A DNA stretch of 64,000 nucleotides from contig DISH01000007.1 in NCBI GenBank assembly GCA_002421665.1, positions 17,278 through 81,277 of the forward strand. Direction: 5' to 3'. The notes beneath the pieces were generated by a model, which saw only the letters and a program-made list of their open reading frames with translations, was not told the DNA's origin and made no database searches. This DNA is from Candidatus Omnitrophica bacterium UBA6215 (GTDB lineage Bacteria > Omnitrophota > Gorgyraeia > Pluralincolimonadales > Pluralincolimonadaceae). A program made the position numbers and the translations under genes. Positions 1-9,471 of the stretch are shown piece after piece; the first letter of the stretch is position 1, and every line of letters starts with the position of its first letter.

Positions 1-1023
1 CTTTTCATACCATCGCACCTTATTAGAAAAACAAAGTGCGGGAAACCATTTAATAAGATATTCTGCCGTTCCTTTGACCCATCTTTCATTTCTATTTCGA
101 AATTGTAAATAGTCATCTGGAAATTCTTCGTAACAAATTACATCATCAACAAATATTCCCTCGTATCCCCTCTCCCTTATAATAGAGGAAAACGCCAAAT
201 CTTCTGTAATTGTATCGGGAAACCCTCCCGCTTCTTTCCACACATCGGAGCGTATCAGCGCGCCATGTCCATAAAACATAACGAAACCGAAGTAGTTTTT
301 AGCAGGAAGATAATATTTCCAATGAAGGTCCGTATTAAGCGAGAGGTCCTTTGTAAAGCTATTTCTTTGCTCTGGATCGGATCTTTGGTTTGCCTGAATG
401 AAACCTATTGAACTACTTATGGAAAAATATGGCAATAACCGTTTAATAAAACTCTTGGGCAGCGTTCCATCGGCATCCGATATTGAAAAATAATCATATT
501 TACCGCTAATCATTCCCAACGCATGATTCAGATTTCCTGCCTTGAATCCTTTCTTCAAATCTCTTCTTATCAAATATAGATGACCGGGATTCCTTGATAC
601 AAAGTCATCGATTCTGCGCAATATTTCATGATCTGTACTATCATCGAGAATATAAACATCATAATTGTCATAATCTTGGCATAGACAAGAAAGCGCCGCT
701 CTTTCGCTAAAATCATTCATTGTGGTATACAGAATGGCAACTTTCGGATGAGGAATGCTTAAAATATCCGAGGTGATCTTGGGTGTTTTACAAAAAATAG
801 AAAAAAAGCTTATTGTAAGATGGTATATCCCGTAAAACCAAAATAGATCCAATAATGCAACAAAACATACTATATATATACGCACTATAAGGGATTCCTG
901 TGTTCTGAAATTTACCATTATCTTGGGATTAAAATATGCTGCGACTAAAAACCACAACCCCAATATAACCAAGAACATCAGGTTGTCTTTATGATACTTT
1001 CCGCCTGTGATAGGTTTTTTCAT
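1..1023 (-). CDS. Glycosyltransferase family 2, membrane-anchored, processive-type; 5' partial (C-terminus beyond window start)
   Basis: Own translation of the minus strand from ATG at 1021-1023: MKKPITGGKYHKDNLMFLVILGLWFLVAAYF... with N-terminal TM helices, a DxD motif (ILDDSTDHE) and a QxxRW-like motif (QFRNRNERW). Not in the ORF track because it runs off the window edge. AT-rich (~35% GC). Confidence 0.6.
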   Translation of the reverse strand, partial: MKKPITGGKYHKDNLMFLVILGLWFLVAAYFNPKIMVNFRTQESLIVRIYIVCFVALLDLFWFYGIYHLTISFFSIFCKTPKITSDILSIPHPKVAILYTTMNDFSERAALSCLCQDYDNYDVYILDDSTDHEILRRIDDFVSRNPGHLYLIRRDLKKGFKAGNLNHALGMISGKYDYFSISDADGTLPKSFIKRLLPYFSISSSIGFIQANQRSDPEQRNSFTKDLSLNTDLHWKYYLPAKNYFGFVMFYGHGALIRSDVWKEAGGFPDTITEDLAFSSIIRERGYEGIFVDDVICYEEFPDDYLQFRNRNERWVKGTAEYLIKWFPALCFSNKVRWYEK

Positions 1024-1218
1024 GGCTTTATTACTCCTTGCATTTCTATACGTTGCGGCTTATAATTTTACCATAAATATGAATAAGAAAACTGACTCTC
1101 AGCTGAATGATGCCGCAAGTGTTTGCTATTTAGCGGTCTCTTTGTTTCTGGGACTTCTGTATATTTACCTGCACAGGGGCCTACTTTCCTATTTTTTAAA
1201 TTTTTTTATACCTATAAA

Positions 1219-3105
1219 ATGATAGGGCTTATTTATCTTCTGGTTTTTAATACATTTGTATTTATTGCCTACTTCATATTTGCCGCCAAGCTACGGTTTA
1301 ATTCAGCCGACAGAATAGTATTTGCTTTGGTGCTGAGCTCCCTCCAAATCATAGTAACTCAAACCCTGCTAGGCATACTAGGAATATTAAACCCTCTTTG
1401 TGCACAAGTATGCAATGCCATGATTTCTTTTTTAATTATTGGCTTTTCGCTGAGATTGTCTGGTAATTATGATTTTGGTTCTATTAACCTAATTAATCCG
1501 GCTGCCATTTCAAATTGGAAAACGCTACTTTTTATAGCCCTCATCCTGGTTTCGTATTCACTGGTTCTCTTTTTAGCTGTAATAACACCTCCTTTTAGTT
1601 GGGATAGTCTTACTTTCCATCTGCCGGCTGTTATTTGCTGGGTAAAATCATCGAAACTGGTTCTTACGCAGCCTATAAGGCATATGTCATACTACCCACA
1701 AAACGGAGAACTTTTTACTCTATGGATTTTTCTTCTTACCAAAAAACTCAATTTATTAAACTTGGTGCAATTACCTTTCGCTTTTCTCCTCGCGATTTCC
1801 ACATACAGTGTAAGTAAAAAAATGAACTTAAGCAACTCATTCCTTGCGTTCCCATTGATACTGCTTACCCCCGTTATCATGATTCAGGCGACGACTAGTT
1901 ACGTGGATATAATATTCGCCGCCTTTTTTATTTCAACCTTAAACTTTCTAATAGGCTATTTTATCAGCAAAAGAAGCCTTTATCTCATACTTGCAAGCAT
2001 CTCAATGGGGCTTTTCTGCGGAATTAAGCCTGTCGGTTGGATAGCCTCTTCGATATTTATAATATTTCTAATTTTTCACTATTTATCTAATAGAAATGCT
2101 GTTCGAGCAAGAACTATAATCGGCTCCATTCTATGCGTGTTAATTGCCGGCGGATTCTGGTATGTTCGAAATCTGATTCTGACGGGAAACGTCAATTTCC
2201 CTTATAATGTCAGGATTTTTGGGATAACTATTATGAAAGGCCTTAAAGAAGCGAACTGGAATATGTATTTTGAAAAATGGTTTGTTGATAACAGATGGGA
2301 ATGGTGGTTTTATCCCATTTATGAAAGAATTCGCGGCGATCTCGTATATAGTATTGAAAGCGGGTTTGGGGCGCAATTCATTTTAGGCGTAGCAAGCGTC
2401 TTCTACTCATTTTATATTGCAATTATTAAAAAAGATAGGTTGGCGTTCTTTGTATTTACCTTATTTCCGGCAACCATATTTTTGCTTTTTAATGTGCAGG
2501 CTTGCCCTTTTCCAAGGTACGTACTTTTTCTATGCGCCCTTTCTGCGTTGGCAATAATTTATGTCCATAATCATCTTAAGTCCCTTTATAAAAATATACT
2601 AGACGCCTTTATTATTACCGTGATATTTTTCTCGTTTTTAACCGTAATATTTAGAATAAACCCTCATCAAGAAAGAACACTGAATTACTACATCGCACAT
2701 AAGAATATTCCCGCGTACACCTATCTTGGCTGGGAGTACGGAGAATTAGCGGATACCTGGGGATGGCTTGATGATAACACCGAGGCTGGATCGGTAGTTG
2801 CTTATAATTATACTGAATTAATCACATATTTATACGGAACCAAATTCAATAAAAACATAGTTAATATTAATACTTCCGATAACACATATAAAAATGCTAC
2901 ACGAGCAGCCAGCTACGAGGAATGGGTTGATAAGCTAAGATACTACGAGGTTTCCTATTATTATCTTGTAACACAGAATAATGATATAAACAACAAACAC
3001 AAAGATATTGTATGGATTAAAGAACATCCTGAAATATTTATTAAATTAAAGGAATGGCCGTATTCGTCTTTCGGAAACATTGCATTATACAAAATACAGC
3101 CTTAA
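1219..3105 (+). CDS. Polytopic membrane protein, GT-C-like (ArnT/PMT, GT39/GT83-like) glycosyltransferase candidate; N-terminal boundary uncertain (possible frameshift with ORF 1007..1222)
   Basis: 660-aa ORF has >10 predicted TM helices followed by a soluble C-terminal domain. It is adjacent and divergent to a GT2, like polyprenyl-P-sugar synthase + GT-C pairs (ArnC/ArnT, GtrB/GtrC). Start taken at the internal ATG at 1219 (MIGLIYLL). A hydrophobic 71-aa ORF in another frame (1007..1222) may be a displaced N-terminus. AT-rich. Confidence 0.4.
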   Translation: MIGLIYLLVFNTFVFIAYFIFAAKLRFNSADRIVFALVLSSLQIIVTQTLLGILGILNPLCAQVCNAMISFLIIGFSLRLSGNYDFGSINLINPAAISNWKTLLFIALILVSYSLVLFLAVITPPFSWDSLTFHLPAVICWVKSSKLVLTQPIRHMSYYPQNGELFTLWIFLLTKKLNLLNLVQLPFAFLLAISTYSVSKKMNLSNSFLAFPLILLTPVIMIQATTSYVDIIFAAFFISTLNFLIGYFISKRSLYLILASISMGLFCGIKPVGWIASSIFIIFLIFHYLSNRNAVRARTIIGSILCVLIAGGFWYVRNLILTGNVNFPYNVRIFGITIMKGLKEANWNMYFEKWFVDNRWEWWFYPIYERIRGDLVYSIESGFGAQFILGVASVFYSFYIAIIKKDRLAFFVFTLFPATIFLLFNVQACPFPRYVLFLCALSALAIIYVHNHLKSLYKNILDAFIITVIFFSFLTVIFRINPHQERTLNYYIAHKNIPAYTYLGWEYGELADTWGWLDDNTEAGSVVAYNYTELITYLYGTKFNKNIVNINTSDNTYKNATRAASYEEWVDKLRYYEVSYYYLVTQNNDINNKHKDIVWIKEHPEIFIKLKEWPYSSFGNIALYKIQP

Positions 3106-3124
3106 ATATACTCAAAATAAATCT

Positions 3125-3553
3125 TTATCCCTGTATATCCTTCTTCCCGAAAACCCGCACCCTGTTCTTCGACAAAACCTCTATGGCCCTGTCCGGGTCG
3201 TCGAAACGGAATACCACTATGGCGTTGTCGGCGTTCTTCTCTACGAACGCGTACATATATTCGAGGTTTATCCCGTTATCATCGAGTATCTTGAGGATAA
3301 CCGCGAGCCCTCCGGGCCGGTCGCTTACCTCAACAGCCACTATGTCGGTGATGGAGGCCACGAAACCGTTCTTTTTGAGAAGTTCCAGCGCCTTTTCCGG
3401 CTTATCGACTACCATGCGCAGAATACCGAATTCCTCGTTCTCGGCTATCGTAAGGGCCTTGATATTTACGGACGCTTCTCCCAAAACACGGGCCGCGTCA
3501 TAAAGCCTGCCTCTCCTGTTCTCAAGGAATACCGAAAGCTGGGTGATCTTCAT
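3125..3553 (-). CDS. ACT domain protein (PaaK-associated regulatory ACT protein)
   Basis: 142 aa with tandem ACT-like beta-alpha-beta-beta-alpha-beta pattern (MKITQLSVFLENRRGRL...). It sits immediately downstream of the phenylacetate-CoA ligase, a conserved pairing. Confidence 0.75.
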   Translation of the reverse strand: MKITQLSVFLENRRGRLYDAARVLGEASVNIKALTIAENEEFGILRMVVDKPEKALELLKKNGFVASITDIVAVEVSDRPGGLAVILKILDDNGINLEYMYAFVEKNADNAIVVFRFDDPDRAIEVLSKNRVRVFGKKDIQG

Positions 3554-3554
3554 A

Positions 3555-4856
3555 TTATATGTTCCTTTTATCTATGACGCGCTTGGCTTTGCCTTCACTC
3601 CTGCTTATCGTTTTCGGCTCTACCAGCCGCACGTCCACTCCTACGCTTAACACCGATTCGATCTCCTTCGATATGCGATGTTCAAAATGCTGCAGGTTCT
3701 TCACCTCATCGGAGAAGAACGATTCGTTGAGCTCTACGAGCACCTCAAGCTTGTCGAGCCCGTTCTTCTCCCTCTCGACCACAAGCTGGTAATGCGGCTG
3801 CGTCCCTTCGATGGCAAGCAGGACCTCTTCTATCTGCGAAGGGAAGACGTTTATCCCCCTTACTATTATCATGTCGTCAGTGCGGCCCAGGACCTTGCTT
3901 ATGCGGGGAGAGGTGCGCCCGCATTCGCACGTTCCGTAATCTATGCTTACGATATCCCTCGTCCGGTACCTGATAAGGGGCATCCCGACTTTCGTTATGG
4001 ACGTCAACACAAGTTCTCCCGGCATACCCGCGGGCAGGACCTCGAGGGTCTTGGGGTCGATCACTTCGGGATAGAATACATCGGATTGTATGTGGAGGCC
4101 TTTCTTGAGGTGGCACTCACACGCCACTCCCGGCCCGATTATCTCGGATAAACCGTAAATATCCACGGCGCTTATGCCCCAAGTCCGCTCTATCTCCTTG
4201 CGCATCGCCTCGCTCCAGGGTTCCGCGCCGAATATGCCTATCTCCCAACTGCTCTCCGCGGTCCGCACTCCCGACTCCCTGGCCGTCTCCGCCATATATA
4301 ACGCATAAGACGGCGTGCACGCCAACAGACGCGGCTTGAAATCCTCCAATATCTTCAACTGCCTCTTGGTCTGGCCCGATGAACACGGAATTACCGTAAG
4401 CCCGAGCTTTAAACTGCCGTAATGCAGGCCCAGCCCTCCGGTAAATAACCCGTAACCGTAGGCGATCTGTATCATGTCCCCGGGGACAGCGCCGGCGCAG
4501 CAGAGAGAACGCGCTATCACCTCACTCCACAGGTCAAGGTCTTCCCGCGAATAACCGGACACGACAGGGTTGCCGGTCGTCCCGCTCGAGACGTGCAATT
4601 CCGCGATGCCGGTTACCGGCTTGGAAAAGATCCTGAAAGGATAGTTGTCCCTCAGGTCATCCTTGACCGTAAAAGGCAGCCTGGTTATGTCGTCTATGGA
4701 CTTTATATCCTTGCGGGATATTCCCGCGTTCTCAAGTCTATCCCTGTAAAAAGGAGATCCATCGCAGACTCTCTTAAGCATGCCGTTAAGACGTTCGCTC
4801 TGGACATCCTTGAGCGCGCCCGGGCTGATGCATTCCATCTTCTCGTTAAAGATCAT
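3555..4856 (-). CDS. paaK: Phenylacetate--CoA ligase family (PaaK / F390 synthetase-like adenylate-forming enzyme)
   Basis: 433 aa with typical PaaK N-terminus (RLENAGI..., ...TSGTTGNPVV...) and AMP-binding motifs. Conserved context with iorAB. Confidence 0.85.
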   Translation of the reverse strand: MIFNEKMECISPGALKDVQSERLNGMLKRVCDGSPFYRDRLENAGISRKDIKSIDDITRLPFTVKDDLRDNYPFRIFSKPVTGIAELHVSSGTTGNPVVSGYSREDLDLWSEVIARSLCCAGAVPGDMIQIAYGYGLFTGGLGLHYGSLKLGLTVIPCSSGQTKRQLKILEDFKPRLLACTPSYALYMAETARESGVRTAESSWEIGIFGAEPWSEAMRKEIERTWGISAVDIYGLSEIIGPGVACECHLKKGLHIQSDVFYPEVIDPKTLEVLPAGMPGELVLTSITKVGMPLIRYRTRDIVSIDYGTCECGRTSPRISKVLGRTDDMIIVRGINVFPSQIEEVLLAIEGTQPHYQLVVEREKNGLDKLEVLVELNESFFSDEVKNLQHFEHRISKEIESVLSVGVDVRLVEPKTISRSEGKAKRVIDKRNI

Positions 4857-5332
4857 CTCTCCGCCTCGCCGCGTCCCAACAGGAAGATACGCTTATTCTC
4901 TTCTGTGTCTTTCTTCAATTTTGCCTTGATCGCTTCCAGCCAGCTGCTTTCTTTTATTTCCAGGAAAGACGACAGCGCACCGAGCATATATGTGTTCAGG
5001 AACATGGCCTTTCCCTTGACGGCCGCGTGCCCTTTCTCCAGGTAAGCGGACAGGTCGATGCCTCCCGGCTTGAGCTCGTCCTTCATACGCGAATATTCAG
5101 ACTTATGCAGGCATATTATCGCGTCCGCGCTGCCGGTGAACGGCAAGGGAGACAGTACCGAATCGCCGAAACGCACGAACGACTCTACCGAGCCCCCGCG
5201 CTGCGACATGCCTTTCACCTCCGACTTCTTTACATGGTAACCGTCGAACATGGCGGCAAGCGCGCAGACTTCCGCCGCCGTCAAGACCCCCTGCCCTCCT
5301 ATACCATAGAATAACACGTTGACCGTTCTCAT
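4853..5332 (-). CDS. iorB: Indolepyruvate:ferredoxin oxidoreductase beta subunit
   Basis: 159 aa, MRTVNVLFYGIGGQGVLTAAE... pyruvate/ketoisovalerate oxidoreductase gamma-type domain. 4-nt overlap with paaK. Confidence 0.85.
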   Translation of the reverse strand: MRTVNVLFYGIGGQGVLTAAEVCALAAMFDGYHVKKSEVKGMSQRGGSVESFVRFGDSVLSPLPFTGSADAIICLHKSEYSRMKDELKPGGIDLSAYLEKGHAAVKGKAMFLNTYMLGALSSFLEIKESSWLEAIKAKLKKDTEENKRIFLLGRGEAER

Positions 5333-7098
5333 TTTTTAACCGGGGATATCGCCCCAAACTTGCAGATATTAGAACACAGCCCGCACCCTACGCATAAAGA
5401 TCCGTTTATGCTTACGGCACCGTCTTCTTCAACGATAGCCGGGCAATCCAGAAGCAGGCACTGGCGGCATTTTTTACATTTGTCGTTGTCTATCTTCATC
5501 GCCGGGGCGCGCGAACGGTCGATCATCTTGCACGGATAGCGGGCTATTATGACCGACAGTTTGTCCTCTTCAAGCCTCTTATCCAGGGTCTTGCGGAATT
5601 TTTCTATATCGTAAGGGTCGACCACGTCAACGTTATCCGCTCCGGCGGCGAGGCATATCTTTTCAAGGGACAGTTTTTTCGTCACGGCACCCTGCAAAGT
5701 TACTCCCGTAGCAGGGTTCTGCTGGCCTCCGGTCATCGCGGTAATGGAGTTATCCATTATTATCACAACACCCTTCGTTGCGTTATAGGCCGCGCTTATG
5801 AGGCCGTTTATCCCCGTGTGTATGAAGGTGGAATCGCCTATCACGGCCACGGCCTTATGGTCCTTCTGCATCTTGCTTATGCCTTCGAAGAACGGTATGC
5901 TCGAGCCCATGCACGTCTGCGTATGTAACGCGGCCAAAGGTTCAAGTGCGCCCAAAGTATAACATCCTATATCTCCCGCGACATAGACCCCCGCTTTTTT
6001 AAGGGCGTAGAACGCCGGACGGTGCGGGCATCCGGGGCACAGGAGCGGACGCCGGGCCTTGCGCGAGGAAAGCCCCCTCTCCTCGCCCTTAACGATGCAT
6101 TTAACGGCCTGCGGCTCCAGTTCACCGCAAAGCCATGAAGGTTTCTTCCCTGTAACGGCTATGCCGTCCATTTTTATCATCTCTTCAAGGAAAGGCTCGA
6201 GCTCTTCTACCACATAAAGTTTTTCAACGTTGCGCGCGAAGTCCCTGACCTTGTCCGAAGGGAAAGGATAAGGCATTCCCAGCACCAGAGTTGATGCCTC
6301 AGGGTAGGCCTCTTTAACGTAAAGCGCGGATACCCCGCTCGTTATAAAACCTATCTTCCTGTCCTTGATCTGCGCGACGTTAAGAGCGGTCTTCTCCGAG
6401 AAATCCCGGAGTTTAAGCATGCGCTGTTCAAGGTCCAGGTGCCTGAAACGCGCGTGCCCGGGGATCATGACATATTTCTTCGGGTTCTTATCAAGGGCCT
6501 TCCTGTCGAAGGAGCGTACCTGCCCGGTCTCGAAAGATTCTTTAGTATGCGAGACACGCATAGTAAGGCGCAGCAGGACCGGGATATCAAAACGTTCGCT
6601 TATCTCGAAAGCTTCTTTCACGAAATGATACGCCTGCGAAGGGGATGACGGTTCAAGCAAGGGCATCTTGGCGTATGGCGCGACCCGGCGGGTATCCTGT
6701 TCGTTCTGTGATGAATGCATTCCGGGATCATCGGCGACCACCGCGACAAAACCCGCGTTCACGCCGCTGTAAACGGTGGTCATCAGCGGGTCCATGGCGA
6801 CGTTGAGCCCGACGTGTTTGCAGGCGGTCAACGCGCGCTTTCCGGCAAGGGAAGCTCCGAACGCCGCCTCATAGGCGACTTTCTCGTTCACGGCCCACTG
6901 GGCCTCAAGGCCCTTAAAAGTTCCGAGCGTCTCGAGAATTTCGGTTGACGGGGTACCCGGATAGGCCGAGGCAAAACAAACACCCGAAGCTGCGGCTCCC
7001 CAGGCAACGGCTTCGTTACCGGACAAAAACACTTTCTTCTTATTATTATTGTTCGAGAGGTCCATTTGAGGTGTTATCATTGTATCACAAATGGACAA
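5329..7098 (-). CDS. iorA: Indolepyruvate:ferredoxin oxidoreductase alpha subunit (TPP-dependent, 2x[4Fe-4S])
   Basis: 589 aa with TPP-binding region and two C-terminal ferredoxin Cys motifs (CKKCRQC...CP, CVGCGLCSNIC). The true start may be an internal Met (7080 or 7065). Confidence 0.9.
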   Translation of the reverse strand: MSICDTMITPQMDLSNNNNKKKVFLSGNEAVAWGAAASGVCFASAYPGTPSTEILETLGTFKGLEAQWAVNEKVAYEAAFGASLAGKRALTACKHVGLNVAMDPLMTTVYSGVNAGFVAVVADDPGMHSSQNEQDTRRVAPYAKMPLLEPSSPSQAYHFVKEAFEISERFDIPVLLRLTMRVSHTKESFETGQVRSFDRKALDKNPKKYVMIPGHARFRHLDLEQRMLKLRDFSEKTALNVAQIKDRKIGFITSGVSALYVKEAYPEASTLVLGMPYPFPSDKVRDFARNVEKLYVVEELEPFLEEMIKMDGIAVTGKKPSWLCGELEPQAVKCIVKGEERGLSSRKARRPLLCPGCPHRPAFYALKKAGVYVAGDIGCYTLGALEPLAALHTQTCMGSSIPFFEGISKMQKDHKAVAVIGDSTFIHTGINGLISAAYNATKGVVIIMDNSITAMTGGQQNPATGVTLQGAVTKKLSLEKICLAAGADNVDVVDPYDIEKFRKTLDKRLEEDKLSVIIARYPCKMIDRSRAPAMKIDNDKCKKCRQCLLLDCPAIVEEDGAVSINGSLCVGCGLCSNICKFGAISPVKK

Positions 7099-7194
7099 AA
7101 AACGAGCAAAGAAAACAAATAATATCTTAATTGACGATAAGGACCGGCACCGAAATAAGGACTTCTACAGCCACATCGGGCGCTTGAACACACT

Positions 7195-9465
7195 TTATAA
7201 CTTCTGAGATGCGACGGCAAGCCTTGCCAAAAGGTACGATACCGTAGATTCAGCCCCCTGGTTAAGGTTAATATAGCCTTCTCCTACTCCGTCATAACAA
7301 CCGCCCGTAGTCCTGTCATAAACAACCTGTTTCAGGCAGTTGTCGCCTAAAAACCAGTTGAAGACCTCATGCATAGACTTCTTATAAATATCGCCCCCGA
7401 CTATTGAATACGCCGTGGCAAGCGCACAAACCATCGCCGAGACATCTTCCGGCTGCTGGTCAAAATACCGGCGTTCTCCGGTTTTATGGTGCCAGCCGTC
7501 CTGGCCTATAGGTGCATACATCCCGTCCAGAAAAGTTTGCCGCATCAGGAAATCAAGCGTCTTTTTACCTATATCCAGGTATTCGCTATTGCCGGTACGT
7601 TGGTACCCCAGGATAAGGGCCTCGGGTAAAACCGCATTCGAATAAGTCAGATAGTTCTCAAACCACTGCCAATCCTTGGAAGATACCCCGCGATAAAGGG
7701 ATACGAGCCTGTCGCAATGCGCGATCAGCTCCTTCTCCATGTCCTTCCCGGCGATCTCCCTGGTCTTGTTCAAAAGAAGGCAGATACCCTTAATATAAAA
7801 TGCGACGGATCTCGGGGATTCGGGCATCTTATATTTTTCTATCCTTTTCTTAAAAAGTGACACGGCTTTATCTCTCACGCTGTCCGGAAGAAAATCGGAA
7901 GCGGCAACAACCCCTAATGCCCAGATAACCCTTCCATTGGCATCATCAAGGTTCTCTTTTTTATTAAGTTCAACGTCTATAGTCCTGTCAGAGCCCACAT
8001 AATTGTAAAAAATACCTTCTTCCTGCATAACAAACTCGATAAAACGTAAATATATCACTATGCGCTTAAGCAGATCGCTTTTCTGTTTATCGAGAGAAAC
8101 GGCCTTGACCGCCCTTCCTAACTCTCCGTAATATAAACACGCGACTATAAGCGCCCGCGCATTGTCATCGAGCGTATATCCCGAGGAAACGGCCGGTAAA
8201 GAGAGCCGGGAAAATTGTATTATCCCGAAGCTGTCTGTAAGGTGGAACATATGGCTAAGGTTGATCCGGGGGATTTTTTTACGGGCGCTTACTTCGGCGA
8301 TATCTCGGGAGAATTTTGAGAACAGCTTTGAATATTCGATGGCAACATTCTCCCATGTCATATTACGGGTCCTGAAATAGGCGTTCTTCCCGAGCTGTTC
8401 CCTGAGGGAGGGATCATTTAAAAGTTTTGCCAGGGCGTCTGCATAGGAACCGGGGTCCCTGAAATCCACCAGAATCCCGACTTCCGGGGTCACTATCTCT
8501 TTGGCCTGCGCAAAAGGAGTGGAAATAACCGTCCTACCGGATCCCATGGCATAAGAAAGAGTCCCTGAAACGGCCTGATTCGGATTAAGGGAAGGCGATA
8601 TGTAAATATCCGCAGCCCTTAAGAACTGGAGGAGCTCATCCAGAGTGACATATTCATTATAAAAATTCACATGGGAGGACAGCCCAAGATCGCGAACTTT
8701 CTTTATCAGGGAATTGCGGTATGCCTCCCCTTCCTCTTTCAGCACGTTCGGATGGGTAACGCCCAGGATTATATAGATCAGCTCCGGGTGGTCCTTGGCT
8801 ACCTTGGGCAGGGCCTCTATTACATATTCTATCCCCTTTCCCCTGCTCAGGAATCCGAACGTCAGGAGGACCACTTTATTGGAAAAATGCAAAGCGGATT
8901 TGGGCTTAACGCTTGAGGTATAGGGGATCGAATGGATCCCGTGAGGGATGACCGATATCTTTTCCCCGGGTATCCCGTATTCCCGGACAAGGATTTCCCT
9001 CGAAAGCCTGGTCATAACCGTTACGCCGTTCGCTTTTTCGGCTATCGAGCGCACTGCGCCGCAAAGGTCTTCTCCCTGCAAAGGCAGGACACTATGAAAG
9101 GTCACGACCGATGGTTTTTTTAACGCATCCAGGAAAGATATTATATAAGAGCCGTGATCCCCCCCAAAGATGCCGAACTCATGCTGGATATTCACAAGTT
9201 TGACATCTTCCATAGCATTGATCTTTTCAGCCGTATCGATATACTCCTGCCTGGAAAATTGGTCTATTTGAAAAATGACCTTCCTCGGGTATTTATAACG
9301 GGATATATCATCGATATTCACAGCCGTTATACATGACTCGATGGCAGGCCCAAGCAAGTCATCCATGGCAGTCGTAAGGTCCGCGGTAAAGGTGGCGATA
9401 CCGCACTCCCTGGGAGGAAAAGTGGACAGGTAAATTATTTTAGGAGATCTCTTTGCTTTTAACAA
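7195..9465 (-). CDS. Fusion protein: N-terminal GT4 (group 1) glycosyltransferase + C-terminal (alpha/alpha)6-toroid glycoside-hydrolase-like domain (GH63/GDE-like)
   Basis: The N-terminal ~380 aa carry the GT-B/GT4 signature (SLNPNQAVSGTLSYAMGSGRTVISTPF ... E..G.). The C-terminal ~350 aa have the six-hairpin glycosidase pattern (WQWFENYLTYSNAVLPEALILGY..., ...QGAESTVSYLLARL). Fusion call based on continuous 756-aa ORF. Confidence 0.55.
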   Translation of the reverse strand: MLKAKRSPKIIYLSTFPPRECGIATFTADLTTAMDDLLGPAIESCITAVNIDDISRYKYPRKVIFQIDQFSRQEYIDTAEKINAMEDVKLVNIQHEFGIFGGDHGSYIISFLDALKKPSVVTFHSVLPLQGEDLCGAVRSIAEKANGVTVMTRLSREILVREYGIPGEKISVIPHGIHSIPYTSSVKPKSALHFSNKVVLLTFGFLSRGKGIEYVIEALPKVAKDHPELIYIILGVTHPNVLKEEGEAYRNSLIKKVRDLGLSSHVNFYNEYVTLDELLQFLRAADIYISPSLNPNQAVSGTLSYAMGSGRTVISTPFAQAKEIVTPEVGILVDFRDPGSYADALAKLLNDPSLREQLGKNAYFRTRNMTWENVAIEYSKLFSKFSRDIAEVSARKKIPRINLSHMFHLTDSFGIIQFSRLSLPAVSSGYTLDDNARALIVACLYYGELGRAVKAVSLDKQKSDLLKRIVIYLRFIEFVMQEEGIFYNYVGSDRTIDVELNKKENLDDANGRVIWALGVVAASDFLPDSVRDKAVSLFKKRIEKYKMPESPRSVAFYIKGICLLLNKTREIAGKDMEKELIAHCDRLVSLYRGVSSKDWQWFENYLTYSNAVLPEALILGYQRTGNSEYLDIGKKTLDFLMRQTFLDGMYAPIGQDGWHHKTGERRYFDQQPEDVSAMVCALATAYSIVGGDIYKKSMHEVFNWFLGDNCLKQVVYDRTTGGCYDGVGEGYINLNQGAESTVSYLLARLAVASQKL

Positions 9466-9471
9466 GGGGCA

